Below, one piece after another: positions 61,601-64,000 of a stretch of 64,000 nt of DNA (position 1 is its first letter; each line of letters begins with the position of its first letter). Origin of the DNA: Psammoneis japonica (taxonomy: Eukaryota); assembly GCA_008632985.1 (NCBI GenBank), contig QPGO01000044.1, positions 310,001 to 374,000 of the forward strand, given 5' to 3'. Below the pieces are notes generated by a model. The model did not search any database, was not told the origin of the DNA, and was given only the letters and a program-made list of their open reading frames with translations. Position numbers and translations under genes: made by a program.

Positions 61601-64000
61601 TCAGAGTGGGGCAAGTTGCCAAAGGAAAGATGAACTGCTCCATGCCAAATTTCATGAAATGGCAGTCATCAAATCTCACAGAAGCAGCTGAGAATTTCTC
61701 AACAGGGTCTCTTTGAAGCAAGGTTTGTGCCCACTGGCAGCCATGGCTCCAGACAAAATGATGACAATGATCTGGTGCAAGAATCCACTCAAAGATTGTG
61801 ACACTGTAGAAGCAGTTCATGTCAGAAAGATCTTTGACTTTGTTGAATTGGAAAAGCATTTTCTGTTTGAGAGAGACTTGGATGAGTGTGCACACATTTG
61901 TGAGCACGGCTGAGTGCAAGCAAAAAGGCACTAGAATCTCATTGTCTGCAGTCAACAAGAAAGTTGTGGCCAATGTGTTAAATGAGGGGTGACTGGCTGA
62001 GGTTAATTCAGGAGTCAAAGAGGATGATGTCACTGCATTTCATGAGGCCACACCCCCAGTGCTGACTGTCACAATCATGAAAGAGTTGTCTCAAACATGT
62101 TGAAGGCACAGAGGTCATCATCCTGCATGAGATCTCACACACCTTGCAAGCAAATGTGTCACAACAAGATTGTCCATTGAACACTCTTTGTTTGTGAACA
62201 AACAACTTGCTTGTTTGTTTTCTTAAAATGATGTTGCCCTTGAACTTAAGCCAGTCAAATAAAAAAATTGGCCACACACACATTGTGATCAACCAACATG
62301 TGAAACAAGAAATGGCTCACATTTTCTTTCAAACAATCACCTGTTGCATGAAGTCTGAACACAAACAACAACTCATTTCAATGCATTTGGCAGACTGTTG
62401 TGTGTCAACTTCCCAGTCTTGGTGCTGTCTGATGGCAACACTTGATCATCACACAAACATGCTCCACCAGCGCATCTCATTGTGCCAGCACCTCTTTCAT
62501 TTTCTGTTGCTGTCCCTGAACCCAAATGCTCCAAACCCAGGACTTTCCAAGGCATTGTCTTTTTTGCCCAGGACAAAATCAGCACAGCACAGTTCCCAAA
62601 GATGTGCCATCATGCCATGCCACATGTTGTCAAGCGTGTCACCCATGCACCCATGAACAAGCTTTGTTGCCTCTTTGCTCTGTCAAAAACAGTCAAACAA
62701 ATGCCACGCTGCAACACATCTGAAGATTGTCATGGCACCCCTTGCAACATTGGAGAATTTTGCCTGTTGGGGGGGCAGATTCTCATGATGATCCCATGCG
62801 AACATGCAAGCCAGTTCTAGAGTGAATGGCATCTGCTGTGCTGCTCTCTCAGCAGACAGAGATCATGGGAAAATGCAAGTGGTTCAAGCAAAAGTTGAGG
62901 CACAATGCAACACATGCATTGCCAAATTGCAGCCATTGATGACCATCATGAGGCGCAACCAGGTTTTCATCTGATGTCGCACATTTTCCCTGGCAAAGAC
63001 AAAAAGAAGTGGAGGCAGCACTGCTTGTGAAAAGCTGATCTCTCTGCTGACAAACCCAGTCTTTGCAAGAAGCTTTTGGATTTAGCAGACTGAGCTTCAT
63101 TTTGCATCTCCTCAGACACAGCTGGATTTTTCTTGACCTGATCAAGTGCATCTGGCATCTCTTGCAGCACATCTTGAGTGCATTGGGTGTCAACAACATG
63201 TTTCCAATCATTTTGTGATTTCTTGTCACTGCTGCTGCAGCTGTGGTTGCTCTGCTTTGTTTTAGAAACCATCATTTTGTGATGCTCTCTCATGTTGTGA
63301 CAAATGTCAATGTGGAAGCACCTCACACATGTTGTCCTTGCACTTAAAAATTCAAACGGGCAGGTGAGTGACAATCAAGAGATGTGCCCTTTTTGTCACA
63401 ATTGTGACATGTGTGAAGGTGCCACCACAGGCCACAACACAAGCAGCACTGATCATTTTAGTGTGTCACAAGCAGCAGTGATCAACAAGCAATTGATTGG
63501 CAATCAATTGACCATTTTTGTTGATTGTTGGAGGCAGGTTGAAAAAAATCTTGCTCTTGCATTTCCTGCTCACACAGCGGAACAAAAAAGCAACCCATCT
63601 GCTGCTGATTGGCTGTTGCCAATTGTTTGAGGCAGGTCAAAGAAAAAAGTCTTGCTCTTGCATTTCCTGCACACACAACAGAACAGAAAAAGTGGCCATT
63701 TTGTTGCTGTGGTTGATTTTCCACATGCAACTGGTTGGTGCTTGAGCAAATTTGTCATTGGCCCATGTGTGTGGTGACATCATCATGCTGTGGCTTCTGC
63801 GCATGAGGCAACAGCTACAACAACCATTTTGTGCATGCGCTCTGCAGCAATTCCCAAACAAAAACAATGACTGCATGCATGGCCACTCACTTCTGGGAGA
63901 ATGACAAGCCTGCTCTGCTTGGGGGCCCAATGAGATGCCATGCAGAGTGCAAGAAAAGAGAAAGCAAAATCTGTTTTGAAGGTGCTGCTGCACTTCCACC
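55700..64000. repeat. TpA/CpG-depleted degenerate repeat domain 6 (runs off the window end)
   Basis: More than 8 kb with very few TA or CG. About 100-bp tandem repeat at 63525-63720. Confidence 0.75.

Noticed and set aside
55900..64000. Dense overlapping Cys/His/Gln-rich ORFs in all six frames (also 12-14, 18-19, 23-25, 30-32 and 35-39 kb)
   Set aside because: A by-product of TAA/TAG loss in TpA-depleted DNA, not genes.

Overview
Eukaryotic DNA, most likely from a pennate diatom: it has short GT-AG introns, frustulin-type CEGDCD repeats and a CoDi-like Copia with a DSHADT protease. About 14 host genes are visible: a GT61-like glycosyltransferase, two full-length and one truncated frustulin-repeat/PhoX-like gene, a Cys-rich 7TM receptor, a class III cyclase, a sirtuin, a CaaX protein, a USP deubiquitinase, a ubiquitin-like-domain protein, an O-methyltransferase, an ankyrin protein, a sulfotransferase-like protein, a SAM-domain protein and an FG-GAP propeller protein. 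Many carry single-base frameshifts, mostly at homopolymers, which are probably assembly errors. Between the genes lie sharply bounded transposon-derived domains almost devoid of TpA and usually CpG, with CA/TG in excess. Two signals stand out. (1) A repeat-targeted TpA->CpA/TpG mutation pattern, the reverse of fungal RIP, is visible in a CpG-intact retroelement (Tyr->Cys/His), in a target-site duplication and in a terminal inverted repeat. (2) A local family of membrane-anchored proteins fuses frustulin acidic Cys-rich repeats to a PhoX/DUF839-like beta-propeller and was built by exon-intron duplication. All assignments are by eye; no searches were run.
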